Origin: an uncultured Lentisphaerales bacterium
Lineage (GTDB): Bacteria > Verrucomicrobiota > Lentisphaeria > JABSQK01 > UBA12247
NCBI GenBank assembly: GCA_943788985.1
Contig: CALSSJ010000017.1
Span: 83,795 to 147,794, forward strand
Length of the DNA: 64,000 nucleotides
Reading direction: 5' to 3'
The notes beneath the pieces are model-generated. The model was not told where the DNA came from and searched no databases. It saw only the letters and a program-made list of their open reading frames with translations. Numbering within the stretch: position 1 is the stretch's first letter; every line of letters begins with the position of its first letter. The position numbers and the translations under genes were made by a program. Below are positions 30,609 to 39,422 of the stretch, in pieces.

Positions 30609-30756
30609 CAGGCGCCTCCTCCACCAATACGCCACGGATTAGCCAGGTATAAATATTCAAGCTAGGCATTGCGCCTCTCATGCGCTTGAGTATTGTACCC
30701 GGCTCGTGGCCCCAGTCACGAATTCTATTTGACCCAATTAACCGGAGGGCTTTGCC

Positions 30757-31266
30757 ATTCCACGCCTGGTTACGAAAGAAGATGCACACTCTGGCAAGAG
30801 TGTACGCCTAGTTTGTGAAGACGGAGAGCAGATAATCCTGGAAGTCCCTGAGGCGCTACGACGCGCAAAGGACGCCGGGCTCGACTTGGTCGTCGTCGCT
30901 GAAAATGCAGACATACCAGTCTGCAAGCTGATGAACTTCGGCAAATTTCAGTACCAGCGTAAACGGCAGCTGCGAGATCAGAAGAAGAAGCAGCACGTCC
31001 ACCGCAACAAAGAGATCAAGTTTCACGCAAATATTGATCCACACGATTATGACTTCAAGGTAGGGCATATTCGTGCGTTCCTTGAGAAAGGTCACCGCGT
31101 CAAGGTCTCACTGTTCTTCAGAGGCCGCGAGATGGCGCGCCGTGATCGCGGGATGGAACTGATGCAAAATGTCGTCGATGATCTCAACACTTTAGCAACT
31201 GTAGAAAACGAGCCGCGCATGGTTGGCAAGAATGTCAGCATGCTGCTCGCACCCAATAAAACCTGA
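30757..31266 (+). CDS. infC: Translation initiation factor IF-3, probable ATT start
   Basis: The IF-3 frame is open from the stop at 30738-30740 and reads ...SVRLVCEDGEQIILEVPEALRRAKDAGLDLVVVAENADIPVCKLMNFGKFQYQ.... The first ATG/GTG/TTG (30886) would delete the conserved N-domain. ATT at 30757 is in frame. Confidence 0.85.
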   Translation: MPRLVTKEDAHSGKSVRLVCEDGEQIILEVPEALRRAKDAGLDLVVVAENADIPVCKLMNFGKFQYQRKRQLRDQKKKQHVHRNKEIKFHANIDPHDYDFKVGHIRAFLEKGHRVKVSLFFRGREMARRDRGMELMQNVVDDLNTLATVENEPRMVGKNVSMLLAPNKT

Positions 31267-31281
31267 TCCAGGAGACAATAA

Positions 31282-31485
31282 ATGCCCAAGCAAAAGACTC
31301 GGAAGTGCGCTGCAAAGCGGCTTAAGAAGACTGGCACCGGTAAGTACATGCACTACCGCGCAGGCAATCGCCACATTCTGACCAAGAAGAACCGCAAGCG
31401 TAAGCGTCGTCTCGGTAAGGATGCAGAAGTTAAGTCCACAGAGATGCGCCGAATTCGCGCCGCTCTTCCTTACGGATTGAAATAA
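31282..31485 (+). CDS. rpmI: 50S ribosomal protein L35
   Basis: MPKQKTRKCAAKRLKKTGTGKYMHYRAGNRHILTKK... Confidence 0.95.
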   Translation: MPKQKTRKCAAKRLKKTGTGKYMHYRAGNRHILTKKNRKRKRRLGKDAEVKSTEMRRIRAALPYGLK

Positions 31486-31511
31486 TACTGATCGCTCAGG
31501 AGATTTAAAAC

Positions 31512-31865
31512 ATGAGAGTCACCAACGCTCCCGCGTCAAGAAAGCGGCGTCGCACAATCTTGAAGAACGCACGCGGCTTTTCCGGAGGTCGCAGCAAGCA
31601 GATCCGTACAGCAATGGACGCTGTCGACAAGGCAAACAGCCACGCATATGTAGGCCGTAAGCTTAAGAAGCGTCAGTTTCGTCGCCTATGGACCGTGCGT
31701 ATCAACGCCGCCACCCGCAGCCATGGTATGACCTATAGCAAGTTTATCGACGGGCTCAACAAAGCTGGTGTCGAACTGAACCGCAAAGTTCTCGCCGATC
31801 TAGCAGTCCGCGAGCCGAACGCCTTCAAGGCCTTGGTGGATCAGGCGCAGGCCGCTCTGGCATAA
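31512..31865 (+). CDS. rplT: 50S ribosomal protein L20
   Basis: [29 protein letters not shown]...[11 protein letters not shown]... Confidence 0.95.
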   Translation: MRVTNAPASRKRRRTILKNARGFSGGRSKQIRTAMDAVDKANSHAYVGRKLKKRQFRRLWTVRINAATRSHGMTYSKFIDGLNKAGVELNRKVLADLAVREPNAFKALVDQAQAALA

Positions 31866-31897
31866 TTCGCCAGAGCTGTAACGCACGATCCTAGAAA

Positions 31898-31931
31898 GGA
31901 GCGATGGATCTAATCCGTCGCTCCTTTTTTT
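31898..31931 (+). terminator. Rho-independent terminator after rplT
   Basis: GGAGCGATGGA / TCCGTCGCTCC forms an 11-bp stem with one G-U pair. It is followed by TTTTTTT (31925-31931). Confidence 0.8.
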
Positions 31932-31983
31932 GTTACGAACGCAGGGCCCAATCTGGGCGTCAATGATCTGGACGGGAGAGAAT

Positions 31984-33357
31984 ATGAAATATCTAGCAGT
32001 GGACCTCGGTGCCTCTAGCGGTAGAACCATCGTTGCAGACCTCACACCGGGGCGCATCGAGCTGACAGAAACTCACCGCTTCAGCAACGGCTTCATCGAT
32101 CGGGCTGGATCGAAAGTCTGGCCATTCGAAAAAATCATGACTGATGTCCGCAAAGGCATTGCCAACTCCGGCAAGATTGACGGCATTGGCCTTGACACTT
32201 GGGGTGTTGACTTCGGCTACATCGATAAGAGTGGAAATCTCCTGGCGGATCCGTATGCCTACCGGGATGCCCGCAGCGAGCGTGCCATGCCGGCAGTCTA
32301 CGAGCGCATCAGCCGGGAGCGTCTCTACGAGATCGCTGGCATGCAGGAAATGACATTCAACTCCGTATTTCAGGTCATGGCCGACATGCTCGAGCGCCCT
32401 GCCCTCCTTGAGCGCGCCGCGCAACTACTGTTTACGCCCGACCTGATCGCACACGCGCTTACCGGTGACAGCGCGACCGAGTACACCGTCGCCTCCACCT
32501 CTGGAATGCTCGACGCCGCTACCCGCACCTGGTCCAGCGAAATTCTCGACGCACTCGGCGCGCCACGTCATCTGTTCGGCCAAGTCGACTTCCCAGGCAC
32601 CAAGCAGGGCAGCTACAATGGCATCCCAGTCTGCTTGGCTCCCTCCCATGATACCGCCAGTGCCGTCGCTGCCGTCCCCGCAACAGGAGATCCCGACTGG
32701 TGCTACATCAGCTCCGGAACCTGGTCGCTCGTCGGAGCAGAACTCGATGCCCCCGTCTGCACTGCCGAGGCACGGGATTCGGGCTTCACAAACGAAGGCG
32801 GTGTCGCCGGAAAAATTCGCTTCCTCACGAACGTGAACGGCATGTGGTTAATCCAGGAATGCCAGCGAATTTGGGCGGAGCAAGGACAAAACCTGACCTT
32901 TGCGGAAATCGCCAGCGCAGCCACAGCCTGCGCCGGTTTCAGCTCCAAAGTAGATCCTGCGGATAACCGCTTTCTCGCGCCTGACAATATGATCGAGCTT
33001 GTGCAGAGTTGCTGCCGCGAGACAGACCAACCCGTGCCCAAGACCGTTGGCGAGATCGCTCGCTGTTGCTACGAGAGCCTGGCAGCATCCTACGCAACTG
33101 TGATCACCCGTCTCGAAGCCGTCAGCGGCCGCAGCTTCAACCGCATTCATGTAGTGGGTGGCGGCTGTCAAGCAACCTTGCTCAACCAGCTTACAGCTGA
33201 TGCCTGCCAGCGTCCCGTCATCGCTGGACCAGTCGAAGCCACCGCCATCGGCAACGTCTCCGTCCAGGCCCTTGCGCAAGGCGTTTTTGCAAACCTCGCA
33301 GAACTGCGCGCAGCAGTCGCTGCCGCCTTCGAGACCACCGTCTACACTCCTCGCTAG
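31984..33357 (+). CDS. rhaB: FGGY-family sugar kinase, rhamnulokinase-like
   Basis: MKYLAVDLGASSGR at the N-terminus is a RhaB-type signature. Also contains GLDTWGVDFG and HVVGGG. Confidence 0.6.
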   Translation: MKYLAVDLGASSGRTIVADLTPGRIELTETHRFSNGFIDRAGSKVWPFEKIMTDVRKGIANSGKIDGIGLDTWGVDFGYIDKSGNLLADPYAYRDARSERAMPAVYERISRERLYEIAGMQEMTFNSVFQVMADMLERPALLERAAQLLFTPDLIAHALTGDSATEYTVASTSGMLDAATRTWSSEILDALGAPRHLFGQVDFPGTKQGSYNGIPVCLAPSHDTASAVAAVPATGDPDWCYISSGTWSLVGAELDAPVCTAEARDSGFTNEGGVAGKIRFLTNVNGMWLIQECQRIWAEQGQNLTFAEIASAATACAGFSSKVDPADNRFLAPDNMIELVQSCCRETDQPVPKTVGEIARCCYESLAASYATVITRLEAVSGRSFNRIHVVGGGCQATLLNQLTADACQRPVIAGPVEATAIGNVSVQALAQGVFANLAELRAAVAAAFETTVYTPR

Positions 33358-33441
33358 CAGTTGCGCCAAGCCAGCTCCGTGGTGGCTTTACAGCGTACAT
33401 CGCAAGGCGGCACCGCGCACAATGGCAGGACTCGGCGACGC

Positions 33442-33463
33442 GATGACTTGATGACTTGATGAC
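33442..33463. repeat. Tandem 8-mer (GATGACTT) x 2.75
   Basis: gatgacttgatgacttgatgac, read directly. It lies in the intergenic stretch between the rhaB-like gene and the alcohol dehydrogenase remnant. Confidence 0.9.
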
Positions 33464-33554
33464 GCCCGCTCCCAGCCTGACTAGGCTGACTTCCGGCCAG
33501 TCCGATTGCGGCTCGTTCCTAATTTCGGTCATCGCGTCGCCGGGAGTCACGGCG

Positions 33555-33857
33555 TCACCAAGTCTTACTCTCACGCGGCGATCCCGAATAGCTGCCCGAA
33601 AGCGCCCCAGGCCGATGGTCCCGCGCAGCAGCCAATGCGGCATCGATCATCGGGACATCAGGCTCGTGGGCAACTGCGAACTCCGCAACTTCGCAGCCCC
33701 CCTCGACCAGGGCTTGGCGCTGCGCGGCGTTGCGAGCTTCGCAACTGCCGCGCACGAGCAGGAGGCGCTGGCCGTAGGCCCGCACCCAACTCGGGAGTTC
33801 GGCGACGCTGCCCCAGCCAAATCGGAGTTGCTGTGCTGCGGCAGACTGAAAGTCCAT
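33555..33857 (-). pseudogene. N-terminal ~90-codon remnant of an iron-containing alcohol dehydrogenase
   Basis: MDFQSAAAQQLRFGWGSVAELPSWVRAYGQRLLLVRGSCEARNAAQRQALVEGGCEVAEFAVAHEPDVPMIDAALAAARDHRP matches the Fe-ADH N-terminal Rossmann-like half. The GGGS motif and the metal-binding half are missing, and the ORF tail is nonsense. Confidence 0.55.
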
Positions 33858-33867
33858 ATGAATCGAA

Positions 33868-34863
33868 TCAGCCGGCTCGCGGATGGGCAATCTCATACAC
33901 CCGGCGTAGCCGCTCCGGTGTGATGTGCGTGTAGATCTGGGTCGTGGAAAGACTGCTGTGGCCCAGCATTTCCTGGACACTGCGCAGGTCTGCACCGGCG
34001 TCTAGCAGGTGCGACGCGAACGAGTGACGCAAGGCATGGGGTGTGTAGTCGACCGGCAATCCTGACTCACTCAAATAGACCTTGAACTGCCGTTGGACCG
34101 AGCGCACGGTCAACGGCCCACCGCGCTGATTGCGGAACAGAATCCCCCGCTCTCGCCGTCCTGCGAACCCCAACCGCGCCCGCTCTGCCAGATACTCCCG
34201 CAGCGCCGACAGCGCCGGTTTCCCCAAGACGCACAGACGCTCCTTCTTGCCTTTTCCGCGCAATCGGGCAACACCGCTAATTAGGTCTACGTCGTCCAGT
34301 TCCAGCTGGATCGCCTCACTGATACGCATGCCACCGCTGTAGATCACTTCCAGGATCGCGCAATCGCGCGCCGCCGCGAACGTCGGTTCCCCACGCAGTG
34401 CGCAGTCACTCGAATATGCGCGTCGCCAATAACGGCTCGGCGCATCCAGCAATGACCGCACCTCATCAACCGACAGCACGTGGGGCAGATTTCGCTTCTG
34501 CTTGGGCCGACGCAACCCGGTAAAGGGATTCACCAGCAGGTTTCCTTCCCGCACCAGAAAATAACAGAAGCTTCGCAACGCCGAGAGCTTACGCAGGGTA
34601 GAAGTACGTGCTAGGTTCCATTCTGAGAGGCGCACCAGGTAGCGGCGAGCCGCGCGCGCGTTGATTGCCTCATCAGTTGTGGGCTGTTTCAGGTCAGCGC
34701 CCAGCACATTGTCAACGAATTGAACCAAATCGCGCCGATAGGCATCCAGCGTATGCTCGGAGGCATTTCGCTCGCGCTCCAAATACCGGAGAAAGCGATG
34801 AATCATGTCGCCAATTGACCCGCTCGGCAATGCTAAGTCTTCGGGTATCTCAGCGCCGCTCAT
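33868..34863 (-). CDS. Tyrosine site-specific recombinase, XerC/XerD type
   Basis: N-terminal SAM-like domain (FLRYLERERNASEHTLDAYRRDL). The catalytic region contains GMRISEA, HALRHSFASHLL and LGHSSLSTTQIYTHI. The likely start is ATG 34863. Confidence 0.8.
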   Translation of the reverse strand: MSGAEIPEDLALPSGSIGDMIHRFLRYLERERNASEHTLDAYRRDLVQFVDNVLGADLKQPTTDEAINARAARRYLVRLSEWNLARTSTLRKLSALRSFCYFLVREGNLLVNPFTGLRRPKQKRNLPHVLSVDEVRSLLDAPSRYWRRAYSSDCALRGEPTFAAARDCAILEVIYSGGMRISEAIQLELDDVDLISGVARLRGKGKKERLCVLGKPALSALREYLAERARLGFAGRRERGILFRNQRGGPLTVRSVQRQFKVYLSESGLPVDYTPHALRHSFASHLLDAGADLRSVQEMLGHSSLSTTQIYTHITPERLRRVYEIAHPRAG

Positions 34864-34999
34864 TTCTTTTTCCGGCGCTTTTTTTCTGCTCCCGACTCCA
34901 GCGTCACTGTATTGTGCTCCGAGTTGACTTGACGATCGAAAACCGCGACGGTCATCCCATCTGCCCCGAGAGTCCCCGTAGGCGGGCAAAGACATTTTG

Positions 35000-35620
35000 C
35001 TATAGCTCCACCCACCTGCAGGAGCGGTGGGCATCTTCTTTCTTGCCCTTTTTTTCTTTCTCTCTGGCCTTACCAAAGGGTGCCACGCCTCTACCAATTG
35101 ACGGTCTTGGGCAGGGCCCAATTCTTCCCCTTGTCCGCAGCTTACGCACACGATCCGGTGTATTGGCCGCCTTCAGCAGAGCTGTAAAATTCACTTGCCG
35201 CTTTTCCTTCTCAGCCTCAATGATCGCCACCAGCGCCTGCCACTTCGAGGGATTTAACCGGCGCACAATCGTGGAGAACGACAGACCGACCAACCCCTTC
35301 CGCGCGCTGCCAGCCTGCATGAGATTCCCTGCCACCTTGGACAAATACTCCGCAGAGGCATTGCCACCATCTTCCATCGACTGATCTGGCGGCGGAATTT
35401 TCGCTTCGTCGCCGATCCACTCGTTAAGCTGTTTTCCATTCGCGCTGGTGGGCGCCAGCGTCAAAATCATGCGCACCAGATTTCGCCCTAGATAGTCGCT
35501 ATGGTCCTCGGCCAAGCGCTGCTGGGCAAGCCTTCCAGCTCCCGCCATGCAGGTATGGAAAGCACCGTCACACACAGACGACACCATGACCGCTAACATC
35601 GACAGCATTCGGCGTTTCAT
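35000..35620 (-). CDS. Hypothetical secreted protein with a Lys/Arg-rich tail
   Basis: ATG 35620 lies 2 nt after the upstream stop. Has a signal peptide (MKRRMLSMLAVMVSSV). No family recognised. Confidence 0.45.
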   Translation of the reverse strand: MKRRMLSMLAVMVSSVCDGAFHTCMAGAGRLAQQRLAEDHSDYLGRNLVRMILTLAPTSANGKQLNEWIGDEAKIPPPDQSMEDGGNASAEYLSKVAGNLMQAGSARKGLVGLSFSTIVRRLNPSKWQALVAIIEAEKEKRQVNFTALLKAANTPDRVRKLRTRGRIGPCPRPSIGRGVAPFGKAREKEKKGKKEDAHRSCRWVEL

Positions 35621-35622
35621 CG

Positions 35623-37065
35623 TTACTCCCTGGCAGCCGCGTCCGCGATGACATGTGGCAGCCGGCTTTGACACCAAAGACAAAAAAGTACATTCACCGA
35701 GCCCAAGATACCAACAGTCAGATCATCGTTACACTCCATAACCTCGATGAGAAACCACAATACACCCACCTGTACTCCAAACCCAACTGCGAGTCCGATC
35801 ACACTTGGCCAGCGCAGAACGCGCACTGACAAGTAGAAAATAAGATGCAATATTGCAACATATCCAGAGATCGCCACAATCGCCGACTCCTCCTCGCAAA
35901 GGACTTCTGCAATCCTCTCACACAAAGAGCCATCTCCGTAGATCAGCTCTACAAACACTAGGATTCCCGTTAGAAAAAGCATGCTTAACGCTCGCCCTGC
36001 TAACTTCCGCCAGATCAAACTACGCAACGATATCGGCAGTGTGAGGAGAACGGCCAGTGTGCGCTGACGCCACTCCCAGCCAAGAACATTGCCGACGTGC
36101 AAGGGATAAATGAACAGAATCATCGAGATCATTAACCACTCTGTCGCATTAATGTCTTCCATCCGCCAGCCAAGGATAATCGGGACCACCGGCAAGAATA
36201 ATGGCAGCGCGCCGCCGACGGCAATTCGCCACTCAAACCAGATTAGAAAGTCCCCCCAGCAGCGTCGGCGTCGGCCGTTGGAACGCGTTAGCTGCCAGCC
36301 TGGCATCACTTCCAGCCTGCCATTTGAACGCGCAAGAACCGCCCAAGCCATTAGAAAAGCCAGCTGCGAGAGCCCGAAATAGAAGCCCCAACGGGCACTG
36401 CCCACACCATCTACCAACTCCATAATGTGGTAGAAAGGACACACCATCTCCAGCATATGTCCGCTCTCGAAGTCGACAAAGAGAACTTCCTGCAGGGCTG
36501 GCCCCGCTAGCACGAAAAGGCTGACACTGGCAGCTGCCAGACCACACACGACGAGGCTAGCCGACACTGTCGAACAAAGCAGCGCCAGGTTACCGAGTAG
36601 CAACACAAGACCAAGCAACTCCAGATACACCGTAAATACCGTCTCAACGGTGAGTCCTCCCAGAAGCGTAGCGAATAGCGCAAACGGAAGTTGGGCGAGT
36701 AGAAATAAAGCACAGCGAATCAACCGCGCGGTCGACTTGCAAAGCAACAGAGAAAGCCAGCCCACGTCGGCGGTCTGCAGCAAGACAAGCGTCCCATCCG
36801 CCCGCTCTTCAGCAATCACAGAGCTAAAGGAAGTAACCGTCAGCAACGCCAATGCGAATAGATTGAGGACCGTCAACCTGGTAAAGAGCTCAAGTCCAGC
36901 GGCCCCTGAATACAAGGCGTGCACTTTCCCACTGCCTAGAAACACGCAGACCATACCGAGCAAGCCAGCCCGCCAGATGTAGGACTGCAGCGAGCGCTGG
37001 TCATCGCGCAGGTCCCGGATCAGTAGTGCGAGCAGCGCAGACGCTCGCTGCCGGAACGCCTTCAT
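35623..37065 (-). CDS. Polytopic membrane protein, ABC-2-type permease-like
   Basis: About 480 aa with 10 or more hydrophobic segments. The AEERADGTLVLL motif resembles the ExExGTLE motif of ABC-2 permeases. No ATPase is adjacent. ATG 37065 overlaps the upstream stop (ATGA). Confidence 0.45.
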   Translation of the reverse strand: MKAFRQRASALLALLIRDLRDDQRSLQSYIWRAGLLGMVCVFLGSGKVHALYSGAAGLELFTRLTVLNLFALALLTVTSFSSVIAEERADGTLVLLQTADVGWLSLLLCKSTARLIRCALFLLAQLPFALFATLLGGLTVETVFTVYLELLGLVLLLGNLALLCSTVSASLVVCGLAAASVSLFVLAGPALQEVLFVDFESGHMLEMVCPFYHIMELVDGVGSARWGFYFGLSQLAFLMAWAVLARSNGRLEVMPGWQLTRSNGRRRRCWGDFLIWFEWRIAVGGALPLFLPVVPIILGWRMEDINATEWLMISMILFIYPLHVGNVLGWEWRQRTLAVLLTLPISLRSLIWRKLAGRALSMLFLTGILVFVELIYGDGSLCERIAEVLCEEESAIVAISGYVAILHLIFYLSVRVLRWPSVIGLAVGFGVQVGVLWFLIEVMECNDDLTVGILGSVNVLFCLWCQSRLPHVIADAAARE

Positions 37066-39422
37066 GGCAGGAGAAGCTGCAACAGGCGCACCACTTCCGC
37101 CTCGCCCGGCTTGGCTCCATCGTAAATCTTGAGCGAGCGCTTGGCTTCGTCCTTCCGTCCCAAGTGGAAATAGCACTGCCCAAGATAGAAATGCGGCTCG
37201 ACAGCTTCCGGAAGCAGCTGCGCCACCTCTTCAAAAAACGGCAGCGATTCCGGCCATTTCTGCGCGGCCACCAAATTTCGCCCGCGTTCAAATAGGGCGT
37301 TCGGCAGGTTCTTGGCAGCCGCCACGTACTCTGGATTCAGCGCCAATGCCTTCCGATACAGGCGCACGGCTTCTCCCGGCCGCCCCGTCTGCAGAAAAAC
37401 CCCAGCCATATTGTTTAACGCAGTCTGCAACGAATCATCCAACTCCAGCGCCTTCGTTAGATATTTTTCGGCCGCGTCGTAATCCTCCAGCCGAAATGTC
37501 GCCGCTCCGAGGTCCGAGTACACACCCGCAGTGTTCGAGCCCAGTTCAATTGCGGCCTTATAGGCATGAATCGATGCTTCGACCGCGCCAGCTTTCAGCC
37601 GCGCCCGCCCAAGCTGCTCGTGAAAGCGCGCATTATTCGGCGAAGTCTCAACCAATTCCTCGAAGCATGTTGCGGACTCCGCATATTTTCCAGCAAACAG
37701 CAGTGTATCTGCCAGTTTGGTCCGTGCATTCATATTGTCCGGCTGATGCGCAATCACCGTGCGAAATCCGGCAATCGCCCGGTCGTACTCCAGCAACTTC
37801 GAGCGGGCAACCGACAAGTCATACAGTGCCCGCATATCACTCCTGTTAAGCTCGTACGCCTTCCCGAAACAGCCAGCGGCCTTGGCGTGTTCGCCCTGCT
37901 TACCATAGAGCAGCCCCAGATTGACATAGCTGTCCAGATATCTGGGGTTGATCTCCAGCGATTTCAGATAAGACTGCTCTGCTCTCTTCAGATAGTCCGC
38001 GTTTGCGAGGCGATCCTCATGATAGAGCCGCAACATCTGCTCGCCGTACGAAGCATTCGCGCGTGCGCTGTTTGGCGCCCGCTTCACATCAGAGCTAACC
38101 AACGTCCAATTATTTTTCCACACAGGGTTTCGCACCACAGTTCTCACTGAGTAGCCGACGACCAGCAACCCAACAACGGCAAAGGAAACCTTGCGTGGTA
38201 CGGCCACTTGGGGCGGGGCCCCCACGGCCCAGGCGGCGATCCCGACGCAGTATGCCACTGACGGCATGTACAAAAAGCGATCCGCCATCGGCGCCCCAAT
38301 CGGAAACACCAGATTGGATACGATCGAGAGCGTTGCCAGATAATACAGCGGCAAAATCCCGTGCGCCCGTTTGTGCCCCAACGCCCATATCGCCCAGCCC
38401 GCCAGCGCCAGATGTAAAACCACACTCAGCAATGCCTCCACGTTCAGAAAGTCCACCGCTGGAATCTGATTGTACGAGTAATCGTAGGACAGCGGATGCG
38501 GAAAAACCATCAGCTTGAGGTAGCGAAATAATGTCAGAAATATTGTCGCGTAGCGTTCGGTCGATGTCATTGCCGCGAACGGATCCAGCATCACATCGGT
38601 AGACACCCGGTCCCCGATCGATCCGGCGCATACTGCCCGAATCAGGACAAACACGATCGCCACCGCCAGAAAGGGCGCGGTCCATTTGAGCAATTGGGAC
38701 ACCCTAAACCCACGCAAGCAATACAGGCACGCAGGAAAAATAGCCAAAAAGGTAACCGCACTCTCCTTCGAAAACAGCGCCAGGAAGTACACCGCCACCG
38801 ATCCAGCCAGCCATGCCTTCGCCCGGTCCGTTGCTTGCAGCAGCATCCAGAACGACACCAGCACCAGCAGAAAGCAGAGCACATCGTCCCTGCCCTTGAT
38901 GTTCGCCACTGCCTCCGTGTGCGAGGGATGCGCGGCAAACAACATCGCCGCCAGCCACGCAATCCACCCTCGATTTGGCAACGCGTGCAGCAGCTTCAGC
39001 AAACAGGCATAAAGCGCTAGGCAAGTGATCGCGTACAGCAGCGCGTTGATGCCATGACTTCGCTCTGGCCGAAACGTCGGCTCCTCTGCCGGTCCGCCCC
39101 ACAACTGCTGCTCTAGCGCAAATGTCACCAACGACAGCGGCCGATAGCGGCCACCGCTCAAGGCCACTTCCTTTTCCAGAAACCCGCGAAACGTGTCTTG
39201 GGACATTATTTTGCCGATTCCCGCCACGCCTTCCTTGACGTAGCTGTTGTCGCGAAAGACCACGTAGTCGTCGAGCGCAAAATCATGACCCAACGTATTC
39301 ACGTACAGCAGAAAACCGAGGGCAAACACCGAAAGTGCCTGCCAGCGAAACGTGGCAGCGTCTAACCCGACCGGCCTCTCTTCCGCGGAAACCCGCCACT
39401 TCTTCCGAGCGCGCCTAGCCAT
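37062..39422 (-). CDS. TMTC-like GT-C glycosyltransferase (DUF1736-type membrane domain plus C-terminal TPR array)
   Basis: The N-terminal half reads GHDFALDDYVVF...RYRPLS...FAAHPSHTEAVANIKGRDDVL and has about 10 TM segments. The C-terminal ~330 aa are TPR repeats. Confidence 0.65.
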   Translation of the reverse strand: MARRARKKWRVSAEERPVGLDAATFRWQALSVFALGFLLYVNTLGHDFALDDYVVFRDNSYVKEGVAGIGKIMSQDTFRGFLEKEVALSGGRYRPLSLVTFALEQQLWGGPAEEPTFRPERSHGINALLYAITCLALYACLLKLLHALPNRGWIAWLAAMLFAAHPSHTEAVANIKGRDDVLCFLLVLVSFWMLLQATDRAKAWLAGSVAVYFLALFSKESAVTFLAIFPACLYCLRGFRVSQLLKWTAPFLAVAIVFVLIRAVCAGSIGDRVSTDVMLDPFAAMTSTERYATIFLTLFRYLKLMVFPHPLSYDYSYNQIPAVDFLNVEALLSVVLHLALAGWAIWALGHKRAHGILPLYYLATLSIVSNLVFPIGAPMADRFLYMPSVAYCVGIAAWAVGAPPQVAVPRKVSFAVVGLLVVGYSVRTVVRNPVWKNNWTLVSSDVKRAPNSARANASYGEQMLRLYHEDRLANADYLKRAEQSYLKSLEINPRYLDSYVNLGLLYGKQGEHAKAAGCFGKAYELNRSDMRALYDLSVARSKLLEYDRAIAGFRTVIAHQPDNMNARTKLADTLLFAGKYAESATCFEELVETSPNNARFHEQLGRARLKAGAVEASIHAYKAAIELGSNTAGVYSDLGAATFRLEDYDAAEKYLTKALELDDSLQTALNNMAGVFLQTGRPGEAVRLYRKALALNPEYVAAAKNLPNALFERGRNLVAAQKWPESLPFFEEVAQLLPEAVEPHFYLGQCYFHLGRKDEAKRSLKIYDGAKPGEAEVVRLLQLLLP

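Noticed and set aside
33868-34863. The tyrosine recombinase as a marker of an integrated phage or island
   Set aside because: The sequence pattern is the XerC/XerD housekeeping type. I found no phage, conjugation or att-repeat features around it. Only an adjacent gene remnant is noted, as a separate finding.
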